A stretch of DNA of 64,000 nucleotides from Gammaproteobacteria bacterium. Lineage in GTDB: Bacteria > Pseudomonadota > Gammaproteobacteria > Eutrophobiales > Eutrophobiaceae. How positions within the stretch are numbered: the first letter of the stretch is position 1; the number at the start of each line of letters is the position of its first letter. The stretch is taken from positions 13,879 to 77,878 of the forward strand of contig JANQJZ010000015.1 in assembly GCA_028281365.1 (NCBI GenBank). Direction: 5' to 3'. The position numbers were made by a program, and so were the translations under genes. The notes below the pieces were generated by a model. It did no database searches and had not been told where the DNA came from. It worked only from the letters and a program-made list of their open reading frames with translations. Positions 9,845 to 19,844 of the stretch are shown here, one piece after another.

Positions 9845-10447
9845 TCACAAATTAAACGGGTTTGTCATCCAAATAATATAAACCGACCCTAGAAAAACAA
9901 CCAAGCCAAATACTCTCGGGTTTCCAGGTAATATCTCTTCTGGAAGGTCTTTACGGTTATCAAAAACTTTTAATGGGGAATCTGTGTCTACCCATTTATT
10001 ACTCAATTTTTCAAGCTTTTTGAGTGCACTTGGTCTAAGAAAAATTACGATACTCATTAAAAAAGATATACATAGCCCCCCAAGAATTATGTAAAAAATT
10101 ACTACAAATAACCATTCTTCAAAATTTGAGTTTGATAAATGTATTAATGATTGCTCTATATAGTTTATTCCTTTGTGAATTGTTAAAAAATACAGACAAA
10201 TTACTGAAGTTATTAAAACCAATGCTCCAAATAATCTATGGTGTCTATAAATAAACCGTTCATGATAAATGGGAACATTTATTTTATTAAAGAACTTTTC
10301 TGTTGAAACCCAACGATTTATTTTATGAGATTTACTCATGATATATTCTGGAACAAGCATAAATACTAAACTGACGGGTACTAGCAGTACCGCCAGGATA
10401 AATAATACATATTCAATTAATGCAACAATTTCATTCGTATACTGCAT
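9845..10447 (-). CDS. Hypothetical 4-TM inner-membrane protein embedded in the MSHA locus.
   Basis: 200 aa with four hydrophobic helices and no recognisable motif. It sits between mshF and the pilin promoter region. Confidence 0.4.
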   Translation of the reverse strand: MQYTNEIVALIEYVLFILAVLLVPVSLVFMLVPEYIMSKSHKINRWVSTEKFFNKINVPIYHERFIYRHHRLFGALVLITSVICLYFLTIHKGINYIEQSLIHLSNSNFEEWLFVVIFYIILGGLCISFLMSIVIFLRPSALKKLEKLSNKWVDTDSPLKVFDNRKDLPEEILPGNPRVFGLVVFLGSVYIIWMTNPFNL

Positions 10448-10463
10448 AATTATAACTTCTATA

Positions 10464-11066
10464 TTAATTCCACGTATATTGATTGACAGATTTCAATTTC
10501 ATATCAATGAGGCTGTCTATATCATGGTTAAACTGTTTATTACCATCATTATCTTTAAAATCAAGTTGAATTTTATATACGGCTCTTGGTATTCCTTCCA
10601 GTTCTGTATCAAAGAATTCATCATTGTTTATAGTATAAATTAATTCCTTGGTTTTTATATCGAAATACCATTTACCCTTCTCAAGAATCGATCCCTCATA
10701 AACAATTTCACCGGCATAATTAATTGGTGCATTTATTATTTCATTTGCAAATACAGTATTAATAATATTGATATCCTTTCCAAATTCATCAATCTCAATT
10801 TTTGAACGCATATCTTCCATAGGATTCATATCCAGTATTTCATCAAGTTTTTCAGACTGATTTCTCATGATCGCAATCGAAACCCGATAATTCAATGCTG
10901 TATTAATATTATTAACTGTTCTACTCACCATGCTTTGTTCAGCCTGAGAAAATGTACCAATCATATACCTGCTGAACGTGGCAATTAAAAGCGAAATCAT
11001 CAATAATGCAAAAACTAACTCTGCCCGGGTCAGATTCCGGTCTAACCATCTGTGTGCTATATACAT
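10464..11066 (-). CDS. MshF-like MSHA biogenesis protein.
   Basis: 200 aa with a single N-terminal TM (LVFALLMISLLIATF). Its position immediately downstream of mshG, with a 1-nt junction, matches mshF. Confidence 0.45.
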   Translation of the reverse strand: MYIAHRWLDRNLTRAELVFALLMISLLIATFSRYMIGTFSQAEQSMVSRTVNNINTALNYRVSIAIMRNQSEKLDEILDMNPMEDMRSKIEIDEFGKDINIINTVFANEIINAPINYAGEIVYEGSILEKGKWYFDIKTKELIYTINNDEFFDTELEGIPRAVYKIQLDFKDNDGNKQFNHDIDSLIDMKLKSVNQYTWN

Positions 11067-12289
11067 TATCTAACAACTTTCGAAAGATCCCACATGGGTA
11101 AGAGAATACCCAATGCTAAAATTAGCACCATAGCACCTATTGCAACTATTAAAACCGGTTCAATTGATGCACTTAAGTTTTTAATATCGTAATCTACTTC
11201 TCGCTCATAATAATCCGCAACCTCAGTCATCATATCATCGACCTGGCCCGTTTCTTCGCCAACGGCCATCATTTGTAAAACAAGTGGAGTAAACATATTA
11301 CTTAAAGCAGCCGTCTTCGTCAGTGCCTCACCTCTTTCAATACCGTTACGCATATTTAATATATGTTCGCCAATATATTCATTATCAACAGCCCTGGAAA
11401 CTACTGTTAGTGCCTGAATTAATGGAACCCCTGAGGTTAGTGCCATAGAAAAAGATCGAGCGAATCTGGCCAAGGTTGCACGATTGATGATATCTCCAAC
11501 AATTATGATCTTTAACTTAAACCTGTCCCATATATAGCGACCCTGTTCTGTTTTTGTATATAAATTAAACCCTATTATCAAGCCGACAACAGATGCTAGA
11601 ATTAAAGGCCACCAAGAAACAAAAAAATCTGATGTGCTAATCAATAACATCGTCTGCCAAGGTAATTCCGTATCCGCCTTTTCAAATATAGGAATAAATG
11701 CTGGTATTACCCAGATATTTATAATCGCAATAGCAATAGCAATGGCAATTAATACAAATATAGGGTAGCGCAGAGCAGCTTTTATTTGCTCACGCGTTTC
11801 TTTTTCCCGCTCTAGGTATTGTGAAATTCTTAAAAAAGATTCTTCCAATCTTCCGGTATTTTCTCCCACCCTGATCATACTTATATATAACGTTGAAAAA
11901 ATATCCGTATGCCTTGCCAATGAACTGGATAAATCCCGACCTGATTCCAGGTTAGACAATATATCTTTCTGCGCATCTACCATTTTAAAATTTCTTGTTG
12001 ACTGGATTAATCCAGTAAAACAACGCACCATTGGTACACCAGCCTTCATTAACGTATACATCTGCCTGCTAAAAAGAATCAGGTCATCCAAATTTGGAGG
12101 CTTTTTATTAAGGTAACTGGAAAAGGATATATCTGATTCTGCCTTTTCTGCTCTCTCTTTAATATCAATTGGAGTGATACCAATATTAAATAACTGTGTC
12201 GCAACCGCGTCGATAGTCCCGGCATCAATCTCGCCTTGAACGAGGCTTCCTCGTGCATTCCTGCCCTTATAAGCAAACTGGGGCATCAA
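11066..12289 (-). CDS. mshG: MSHA biogenesis platform protein MshG, GspF/PilC family.
   Basis: 407 aa. Two T2SS-F repeats and 3 TM segments. Overlaps mshE by 4 nt. Confidence 0.85.
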   Translation of the reverse strand: MMPQFAYKGRNARGSLVQGEIDAGTIDAVATQLFNIGITPIDIKERAEKAESDISFSSYLNKKPPNLDDLILFSRQMYTLMKAGVPMVRCFTGLIQSTRNFKMVDAQKDILSNLESGRDLSSSLARHTDIFSTLYISMIRVGENTGRLEESFLRISQYLEREKETREQIKAALRYPIFVLIAIAIAIAIINIWVIPAFIPIFEKADTELPWQTMLLISTSDFFVSWWPLILASVVGLIIGFNLYTKTEQGRYIWDRFKLKIIIVGDIINRATLARFARSFSMALTSGVPLIQALTVVSRAVDNEYIGEHILNMRNGIERGEALTKTAALSNMFTPLVLQMMAVGEETGQVDDMMTEVADYYEREVDYDIKNLSASIEPVLIVAIGAMVLILALGILLPMWDLSKVVR

Positions 12290-14034
12290 CCAGATACCTC
12301 ACCATCTTTGGAAACTATTTCTTCATCTACTACACTTTCTATATCAGCAGATATTCGAATAACTTCATCCATTGTTGTTATACCTTCGACCGCGTATTGA
12401 AGCGCAACCATATTTAATGGTCTAAAATTTCTTGAATTTTGTGCCTCCTTCATAAAATGGCTACTATCGCCGTGACTTAATATATTGGACAAAGCCTTAT
12501 CGAACTCAAGTAATTCATACACGCCGATTCGACCCCGATAGCCGGTATTATTACAGTGTGCACAACCTATTCCTTTTTTAAATGTGACGTTAAATTGCTT
12601 TTCATTAACAAAACTATTTAACCATCCTTTCTGTTGACCGGTTAATTCGGCTGGCTGAGCACAACTTTGACAAACCCTTCTCACAAGACGTTGGGCTAAG
12701 ATAGCATGTAATGCCGATGCAAGTAGATAGCTTTTAATCCCCATATCCATCAAACGATTGACGGTACTAACAGCATCATTTGTATGTAAGGTTGATAAAA
12801 CTAAATGGCCTGTCATAGCTGCACGTAATGCAATCTCGGCTGTTTCTTCATCACGCATTTCACCGATAAGAACTATATCTGGATCTTGTCTTAATGCCGA
12901 TCGAAGTACAGTCGCAAAAGTAAGACCTATGTCTGAGTTAATCTGGACTTGATTTATGCGGGGTAATTTATATTCAACAGGATCTTCAACCGTGATTATC
13001 TTCTTTTCTGCAATATTTAATGTCTGTAATGCGGCATACAAGGTCGTTGTCTTACCACTACCTGTAGGACCTGTAACCAGTATCATGCCATGCGGCCGTC
13101 GGATCAATTTCTCAAAACGATTCAGTAAAGGTTCAGGCATACCAATTGCGTTTAAATCTAGCGTACCGCCTGTTTGATCGAGTAAACGCATTACAACTGA
13201 TTCACCATACTGTACAGGCATGGTTGATAAACGAATATCGATATTATGATCTTTAACTTTTAAACTAAACCGACCATCTTGAGGTAATCTCTTTTCTGAA
13301 ATATCCAGACCCGCCATTAATTTTAATCTTAGTACAAGTGCAGGGGCGATTCGGATCTCGTCCATTGTATGTTCCTGTAATACACCATCTACGCGTTGTC
13401 TAATCCGAATTACCTTTTCATCAGGCTCAATATGTATATCGGAGGCATTAATTTGAATAGCATCTTCAAATAGAGATGCAAGCAATTTAACTACAGGAGC
13501 CTCATTAACATCAGCATCAGCCAAAAGAGCACCGAGATCAATATCACCTTCCGTTAACTCTTCATTAAGCTGTTCTGCAAAATCACTGATCTGATCAGTT
13601 TTTCTGTAAACAGTATCGATCGTTTTTAAAAGATCAATTTCCCTTACAACTGCGAGTTTTATAGGTTTCTTGAGAATCCTTGATAATTCATCATAGGCAA
13701 AAATATTTGTTGGATCTGCCATTCCAACTAATACACCCGTATCGTCCGTACTGAGCGCAACAGCGCGAAAACGGCGTGATTGTATTTCTGGAATTAATTT
13801 GATAACTTCAGGCTTGAATTTATAGTGTAATAAATCCACGAATGGAATTTTTAACTGTTCAGATAATGCCTCCAGCATTTGATCTTCAGTTAAATAACCA
13901 TCCTCAATCAATACACGCCCAAGCTTTTGGCCACTTTTTTTCTGCCCCTCTAAAGCCTGTTCAAGTTGAGCTTGTGATATGAGTTTATGCTGTATTAACA
14001 GATCACCAAGTCTGATTTTCTTACGTGGATTCAT
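12286..14034 (-). CDS. mshE: MSHA pilus assembly ATPase MshE, GspE family with an N-terminal c-di-GMP-binding MshEN domain.
   Basis: 582 aa. Walker A LVTGPTGSGKTTT. C-terminal tetracysteine CQSC...CAHC. Tandem N-terminal MshEN motifs RLGDLLIQHKLISQAQLEQALEGQ and KLGRVLIEDGYLTEDQMLEALSEQ. Confidence 0.9.
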   Translation of the reverse strand: MNPRKKIRLGDLLIQHKLISQAQLEQALEGQKKSGQKLGRVLIEDGYLTEDQMLEALSEQLKIPFVDLLHYKFKPEVIKLIPEIQSRRFRAVALSTDDTGVLVGMADPTNIFAYDELSRILKKPIKLAVVREIDLLKTIDTVYRKTDQISDFAEQLNEELTEGDIDLGALLADADVNEAPVVKLLASLFEDAIQINASDIHIEPDEKVIRIRQRVDGVLQEHTMDEIRIAPALVLRLKLMAGLDISEKRLPQDGRFSLKVKDHNIDIRLSTMPVQYGESVVMRLLDQTGGTLDLNAIGMPEPLLNRFEKLIRRPHGMILVTGPTGSGKTTTLYAALQTLNIAEKKIITVEDPVEYKLPRINQVQINSDIGLTFATVLRSALRQDPDIVLIGEMRDEETAEIALRAAMTGHLVLSTLHTNDAVSTVNRLMDMGIKSYLLASALHAILAQRLVRRVCQSCAQPAELTGQQKGWLNSFVNEKQFNVTFKKGIGCAHCNNTGYRGRIGVYELLEFDKALSNILSHGDSSHFMKEAQNSRNFRPLNMVALQYAVEGITTMDEVIRISADIESVVDEEIVSKDGEVSG

Positions 14035-15475
14035 CTTTTATTAAGTTATTCAACATACTAATACGTTTGGTAAGAAAATCTCTGGATTCACCGGCTAATG
14101 AAGGATTGCTATACGCTTTTTGGTAAGCATACAAGGCATCCTGATATCGTTTTAATGATTCAAGTGATATACCTAAACCTATCCACCAGACTGATTTAAG
14201 TGGATTTATTTGTAATAAATTTCGATAGATTCTGGCAGATTCGTTGTGGTTATTAAGCTTCTGTAATACAGCTGCCAATAAAGCATAATAATCAATATTA
14301 GAAGACAAATCCGGTTTATTCTTTAGTAAGATTTCTTTCGCTTGTAAAACTTTATCTTCGTTCAGTAGCAAACGAGCATACATCTTCATCCATTCAAGAT
14401 TATCCGGGTATTGAATCATACCTTCATTAAGTACACTGTAAGCCAGATCCGTATGGCCTTGATTTGATAGTATCAGTGCTAATGTAGAACGTGCATTTGT
14501 ATGATCAGGATCATGATCTAATACTGAATTTAATTTTCTGAGACTGCTTGAAATATTACCACTTTTATATTCCGCATACGCTTGTTTAAAAAGTTTATCC
14601 GCATATGCATTTTTTTTCTGTTTTACCGGAGTTTTTACAAGCTCACCTTTGAAAGCAACTTCTTTCTCTTCCTCAACTTGCATATCGACAATTTCTTCGA
14701 GCACATTAGTTTCTTCTATATCATCATTAGCTTGATCCCATTCGTAATCCATCATTACTACTAAATCATGTTGCGCACCATTTTTACCCGTACCACTTTT
14801 TCTTATATTCAAAGGCTGATCAGATTCCAGAATCAATTTAAACCTGTTTTGATCATTAATTAAATAACGTATAGCAACAATAGGTTCTACAGGCTCTAAA
14901 TCTTCAAGAACAAACCCAAGTTGTGCATTATTAACTTCTACAATAATGCGATCCGGGTTATCTAATCCATATACCAGATAATCGATTTCTCGAGGCATTT
15001 TCATTACAAGGTTAATACCTTGCTCACTTGATTCAAAAAATATGTCGTTAATTCGATTTATTGAATCAGTATCAGAAATAATTTCTTTATTATCTGATAC
15101 TGATTCAATAAAAATATTCTCATCAAGTCTCAATAAATGTTGGTTATTGTTGGGGATTACTTTTTTAATACTTTTTGCACTAATAACATTATCCGCATTT
15201 TCTTTTTCTGGTTCCGATAATTCAATTATTTTTGGCTTATATGTATTTTCAGTTATATGATTTTGTTGTTCATAACCATTTAAAAATACTAAAAATAATG
15301 TAAACAATGAACATAATAAAACTATCACTATAAATAATTTGAAAAATGACCTGTTAGTTTGGCTTAACTCAAGATCATATGCAGAATAAAGCCCATCAAG
15401 AATCACGTCCTGATTTTCATCCAGATAAGCATTACGCTTTTCCAGATCACTCAACATTTTGTTAATCAAGCTCAT
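14021..15475 (-). CDS. mshN: MSHA biogenesis TPR protein MshN.
   Basis: 484 aa. N-terminal TM, low-complexity linker, C-terminal multi-TPR array. Position between mshM and mshE. Confidence 0.7.
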   Translation of the reverse strand: MSLINKMLSDLEKRNAYLDENQDVILDGLYSAYDLELSQTNRSFFKLFIVIVLLCSLFTLFLVFLNGYEQQNHITENTYKPKIIELSEPEKENADNVISAKSIKKVIPNNNQHLLRLDENIFIESVSDNKEIISDTDSINRINDIFFESSEQGINLVMKMPREIDYLVYGLDNPDRIIVEVNNAQLGFVLEDLEPVEPIVAIRYLINDQNRFKLILESDQPLNIRKSGTGKNGAQHDLVVMMDYEWDQANDDIEETNVLEEIVDMQVEEEKEVAFKGELVKTPVKQKKNAYADKLFKQAYAEYKSGNISSSLRKLNSVLDHDPDHTNARSTLALILSNQGHTDLAYSVLNEGMIQYPDNLEWMKMYARLLLNEDKVLQAKEILLKNKPDLSSNIDYYALLAAVLQKLNNHNESARIYRNLLQINPLKSVWWIGLGISLESLKRYQDALYAYQKAYSNPSLAGESRDFLTKRISMLNNLIKDEST

Positions 15476-15477
15476 TT

Positions 15478-16365
15478 CTAATTACCAAATAACCATCGTG
15501 AAAAATCCGGAACAAAAGAGGAGAACCCCGATTCAGTTTTTTCTTTTGTATGTTCTATATCCAGAGCTGCTATATTCACATGTTTATGAGTAACTTTTTC
15601 CTTACCCTCTCCATAAGCACAGATTAAGGCCTTATGACACAAAATATTTATTAATCGTGGAATTCCTTCACTGTGGCGGTATATAGCTTCATAAGCACGA
15701 CGTGTGAAAAGCCTATTATTTGTATAGCCCGCAACCTGTAGTCTATGTTTAATATACGCATACATCGCCACCTTATTTAATGGCAATAATCTATATGAAA
15801 ATGTAATTCGTTGCTTCAACTGCCTTACAGAAGGCTGATTTAACAACATATCTAATTCAGGCTGACCAAATAATACAACTTGTAACAACTTCCTTTTTTC
15901 AGTTTCAAGGTTCGTTAATAATCTCAGTGACTCCAACGTCTGTACCGGCATTGCCTGGACTTCATCCAGACAAACAACAACTCTTTTACCCCTTCGATGA
16001 GTGTCTAATAACGCTCGCGTTATTAATTTCATTAACACATGCTGTGAAACGGAATTGGTATATGAGATAGATAATGAATCTGCAATTGCAAATAATAAGC
16101 TATCAGGTTTTATGTAGGGGTTATGAATATAGGCCGTAATAAATTCTTTACTAACAGCTTTCATTAGTGTTCGACAAAGTATAGTTTTTCCGACACCAAC
16201 TTCCCCGATAACTTTTACAAATCCTTCGCCACTGCGGAGCGCAATTGTTAAAACATTTAAAGCATCCTGATAACCGGCTCTATTCATAAAAAAGCTGGTA
16301 TCAGGTGTTATACCAAATGGAAGTTCAGTTAATTGAAAATGTTGTAAATACATAATTTTTCTCAA
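15478..16365 (-). CDS. mshM: MSHA biogenesis ATPase MshM, ExeA-like AAA+.
   Basis: 295 aa. Walker A GEVGVGKT and Walker B VVVCLDE. Overlaps mshL by 4 nt. Confidence 0.8.
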   Translation of the reverse strand: MRKIMYLQHFQLTELPFGITPDTSFFMNRAGYQDALNVLTIALRSGEGFVKVIGEVGVGKTILCRTLMKAVSKEFITAYIHNPYIKPDSLLFAIADSLSISYTNSVSQHVLMKLITRALLDTHRRGKRVVVCLDEVQAMPVQTLESLRLLTNLETEKRKLLQVVLFGQPELDMLLNQPSVRQLKQRITFSYRLLPLNKVAMYAYIKHRLQVAGYTNNRLFTRRAYEAIYRHSEGIPRLINILCHKALICAYGEGKEKVTHKHVNIAALDIEHTKEKTESGFSSFVPDFSRWLFGN

Positions 16366-18161
16366 TTAGAGATATTATCTTTTGCAAATAAATCATCCAG
16401 AAATGTGTCTGGTGGTGGTTCATTCATAACTTCTCGAAGTCCTTTAAGATTACCTCTAGACTTAATCAATTCATTATTCCATTCATCAACTCCTTGAACG
16501 ACAATCGGTTTTAATAGAATCACAAGTTCACTTTTTACTGTCTCTTGTCGTTTATGGTTAAATAATTTTCCAATACCTGGTAAATCACCTAATAAAGGAG
16601 TTTGTGCATCTGTATCGGTTGTTGAATCCTGCATTAATCCTCCTATAACAATTACCTGACCGCTACGTGCTCTTACGATACTATCTGATTCACGTACCGT
16701 ACTTAATGCAAGTGGAAGTTGTTGGGTTGCATTGCCAAGCGTAATCGTTTTCTGTTGGTCAACAACTTCACTAATAGAAGGATGCACATGAAGAGTGACA
16801 TCACCTGATTGACTAATTTGAGGAGTTACATCTAATGCAATTCCTGAAAAAAATGGGGTTAAGGTTACATTAGGATTAAACTGCGTCGCTGTAGATACAG
16901 TTGAAGTTGTCGTTGTAGAAGATACATCGGTAACAAAAAACTCATCACTTCCTACTTTTATTATTGCCTTCTGATTATTTAAAGTCGCAACACGTGGACT
17001 GGAAAGGACTTGTACATTACCTTGCGTTTCGAGTAACTCTATAAACGCATTAAAATCACCGAACTCCAACGCCAGTGTGAAAACGCCTCCGAATGCTGAA
17101 GCAGCGGCACCAGAAATAGCTGAAAAATTATTTGGATTCAGATTACCTGTATTACCTGATAAACCACTTAAGCCACTCTCACCAATTAGCACTGTACCAC
17201 CACCGACATTCGATGCGGTGATTGATTCATTTCCGGGCGTTAATAAAGAGCTCCAGTTGATCCCGGATTGAAAACGATCATTCAACTTGACTTCGATGAT
17301 CTTCGCTTCCAAGATAACCTGACGTTGAACGATCAATTGGGTTGCCTGTAGATAAGCTTCAACCTCCCTTAACTCATTAGGCAGTGCCCTAACAACGACG
17401 ACACCTGATTGTGGATTCACTACAACACTTCGACCATCGCCTGTACCAACTATAGCCTCTACGGATTCCTGAAGTTCTTGCCAAAATGTTGTTAATGATT
17501 GTTGTGTTCGTATCTCTGTACCTATAACGGCAGCGCTTGATGATGTTGTAGTAGAACCACCTTCATCAGTGGTAGCTTCACCCTGGGTTAAAGAACCAGA
17601 ACTAACCAATGTTTGTGAGGTACCCGTTCTTTCTACATTTAAGTAATTTATCTGATAGATACGTGCTCTTAAACGGCCTGGTAATACCTGAAATCCATAT
17701 TGTGTACTAATAAATTCAAAACCATAAACATCTCGTGCTGCTTCCAATACTTCAGGAATTGTTACATTACGAAGGTTTAATGTTATTGATCCCGTTACTT
17801 CCGGATGGATGACCATATTGTAATCTGTCCCATCAACCAAACTGAGAAAAAACTGATCTGCTGGAACCGCATTAACCGATATATCAAATCTTGCTTCATC
17901 TTTAATTTCAGGAACTGTAGAAGCATCAAGTGCAATCGTTGGTATTAATGTATCTGCAACACTATCAGGTACAGATGCCTGGTTGGCATTATCACTAACC
18001 GATTTGTTAACAACATTTTCCATATCATCAACAACGTCTTGCCTGACCACTTCTTCCTGGCAACCAGTCAGAAAAGTTAATAAAAAAATTAAAAATATAT
18101 AGACAGTCTTCTTCATTATCTCTTCAAAAAAATTTAGTAATTTTATTAGCATAATATTCAC
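16362..18161 (-). CDS. mshL: MSHA secretin MshL, GspD/PilQ family outer-membrane channel.
   Basis: 599 aa. Lipoprotein-type signal (LTFLTGC). Secretin N-domain VVVVRALPNELREVEAYL. C-terminal secretin core ending ELVILLKPIVV. Confidence 0.85.
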   Translation of the reverse strand: MNIMLIKLLNFFEEIMKKTVYIFLIFLLTFLTGCQEEVVRQDVVDDMENVVNKSVSDNANQASVPDSVADTLIPTIALDASTVPEIKDEARFDISVNAVPADQFFLSLVDGTDYNMVIHPEVTGSITLNLRNVTIPEVLEAARDVYGFEFISTQYGFQVLPGRLRARIYQINYLNVERTGTSQTLVSSGSLTQGEATTDEGGSTTTSSSAAVIGTEIRTQQSLTTFWQELQESVEAIVGTGDGRSVVVNPQSGVVVVRALPNELREVEAYLQATQLIVQRQVILEAKIIEVKLNDRFQSGINWSSLLTPGNESITASNVGGGTVLIGESGLSGLSGNTGNLNPNNFSAISGAAASAFGGVFTLALEFGDFNAFIELLETQGNVQVLSSPRVATLNNQKAIIKVGSDEFFVTDVSSTTTTSTVSTATQFNPNVTLTPFFSGIALDVTPQISQSGDVTLHVHPSISEVVDQQKTITLGNATQQLPLALSTVRESDSIVRARSGQVIVIGGLMQDSTTDTDAQTPLLGDLPGIGKLFNHKRQETVKSELVILLKPIVVQGVDEWNNELIKSRGNLKGLREVMNEPPPDTFLDDLFAKDNISN

Positions 18162-18529
18162 TTATTGGACTTGTACTCTTTTTTTATCTGGTTTTTAAAA
18201 AGTCTGACTATCAGTTTTCTGTCTTCATGCTCAATAACAACTGAAAGCGGTTTAATCTCTATTACTTTACCTGGTCCAATTTCTTCGCCTTCTCTAACTA
18301 ATTTGTTATTGACAATGGCACTTTTGCTCTGCTCAGATATTCTGATAGCAGAAACTCGCCAGTTGACCTTTTCTTTCGTTTCAATTTCCTCTTCAACAAA
18401 AACAATTGGTTCAGGACTATCAATTACAAAGTTAGCCGGTCTGGTAGGATCAGGTAACTCAGCCATTGCCTGAAGTTGCAATGGCAAGATGCATATCAAA
18501 AGTACAAATTGTTTTATATGACTAAGCAT
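18158..18529 (-). CDS. MshK-like small periplasmic pilus biogenesis protein.
   Basis: 123 aa with an N-terminal signal peptide. Position between mshJ and mshL. Confidence 0.5.
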   Translation of the reverse strand: MLSHIKQFVLLICILPLQLQAMAELPDPTRPANFVIDSPEPIVFVEEEIETKEKVNWRVSAIRISEQSKSAIVNNKLVREGEEIGPGKVIEIKPLSVVIEHEDRKLIVRLFKNQIKKEYKSNK

Positions 18530-19237
18530 CTAGACTCCTATCCACTCCTTATTCAAACTTAATGTAAATATTTCTATTGATGCATTTGCATCAGGATATT
18601 CGCTAACAGTTAACTTAAAGTTATCCCAGAAAAAACCCCACTCGAGTTTTTCCAGACTTTTCAAATAACTAAGTGTTGTTAGGTAATCACCAATGAAATC
18701 AATTCTTAAACCATGTCGATAAGCATTATCAATGTTATCTGCTGTTAATTTCGTTTCATCTTCTTTTAAACCTATATTTTTTGTCACAGCCTCTTGTTCA
18801 GTTTCCTCTTGTACAACTAATGGAGCTACACCAAGACTTTTTAAACCTAGTAACGTTAAACCGCCTGTTTTATGCAGTACTGTCTCAAGAATTTTCGGCA
18901 TATCTTTTGGTGAAACAAGATTCTGCGTTGAAGATTCCAATTCAGCTTGCAATTCAACCAATCTGGATCTAAGTGATTTCAACTTTGCAATATTTTCTGC
19001 ATCAGGATCTTCTTTAGTCTTTGTAAGTAATTGTTGCATACGATCATTGAGTACAGTTCTTTCTGCATTTTTCGTATTAATTTCATTAATCAATGCTTTT
19101 TGTTTTATCTCCAAAGGCTGTATCAATACTGAATCCCAAACTGTAAACATCACAGCAATTGTTCCTATAAAAATGACTGCTCTCTCACGAAGAGTTAAAC
19201 CATCAATCTTTTCAGCAATTTGCTTCAACTGTTCCAT
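18530..19237 (-). CDS. MshJ, a PilO-like inner-membrane pilus alignment protein.
   Basis: 235 aa. N-terminal TM followed by a coiled coil (LRSRLVELQAELESSTQNL) and a periplasmic domain. Confidence 0.6.
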   Translation of the reverse strand: MEQLKQIAEKIDGLTLRERAVIFIGTIAVMFTVWDSVLIQPLEIKQKALINEINTKNAERTVLNDRMQQLLTKTKEDPDAENIAKLKSLRSRLVELQAELESSTQNLVSPKDMPKILETVLHKTGGLTLLGLKSLGVAPLVVQEETEQEAVTKNIGLKEDETKLTADNIDNAYRHGLRIDFIGDYLTTLSYLKSLEKLEWGFFWDNFKLTVSEYPDANASIEIFTLSLNKEWIGV

Positions 19238-19247
19238 AACTCTTCAC

Positions 19248-19844
19248 TCAGTTCGTACTTAACAAAAAATTAAGTTCAGTATCGCCTTCATCTGTCTCTA
19301 CTCTTGCTAACTCCATTACATTAAATGCCGAACCTTCTAAACTTGCTTCTTCGGCTAATTTTTGTATGTAAATAGGAACAAGTTCAGAAGACAAAGTTTT
19401 ACCTTTTAACCCTAAAGCAGTTCCACCTTGTTTAATTTCCACATCAGTTAACCAGGTGCCTTGCACATGACCTTTAGCAAAAGCTTCAAGATAAGTTGAA
19501 AAACCAGATGAGTTACCAAATGATTTATTTAATAGAACTCTCGAAATTCGCTCTCGTTTTTCCAGTTCTTTACTAAGTTTTGCAATCTCTTTTTCAAGCA
19601 ATTTATTCTTGCCTTGTGTAGACTGTGCTCTTTCAAGCGTCAACAACTGAGTCTTTAGTTGTTCAAGTTCCGAATTAATATTTGAAAGCTGTTTCTCATA
19701 AGGTTTAAGGCTTATACTTTGATAAGCATACAAGCCTGTAAAAATAACTAAAAAGAAAATACCAACCTGTAGCATCGTTACCGCAGAAAAAACAATCTTT
19801 TGTTTTCGAAACATTGGTTGATAGAGGTTTATTTGCTGCATCAT
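19248..19844 (-). CDS. MshI C-terminal module as a separate PilN-like protein.
   Basis: 198 aa. TM plus long coiled coil (NSELEQLKTQLLTLERAQ...). Overlaps the upstream PilM-like gene by 4 nt (ATGA). Confidence 0.6.
   Translation of the reverse strand: MMQQINLYQPMFRKQKIVFSAVTMLQVGIFFLVIFTGLYAYQSISLKPYEKQLSNINSELEQLKTQLLTLERAQSTQGKNKLLEKEIAKLSKELEKRERISRVLLNKSFGNSSGFSTYLEAFAKGHVQGTWLTDVEIKQGGTALGLKGKTLSSELVPIYIQKLAEEASLEGSAFNVMELARVETDEGDTELNFLLSTN

Noticed and set aside
12758-13177. Plus-strand ORFs 12758..12952 and 12956..13177 inside mshE.
   Set aside because: They are antisense to a strongly supported GspE-family ATPase ORF and have no independent signals.
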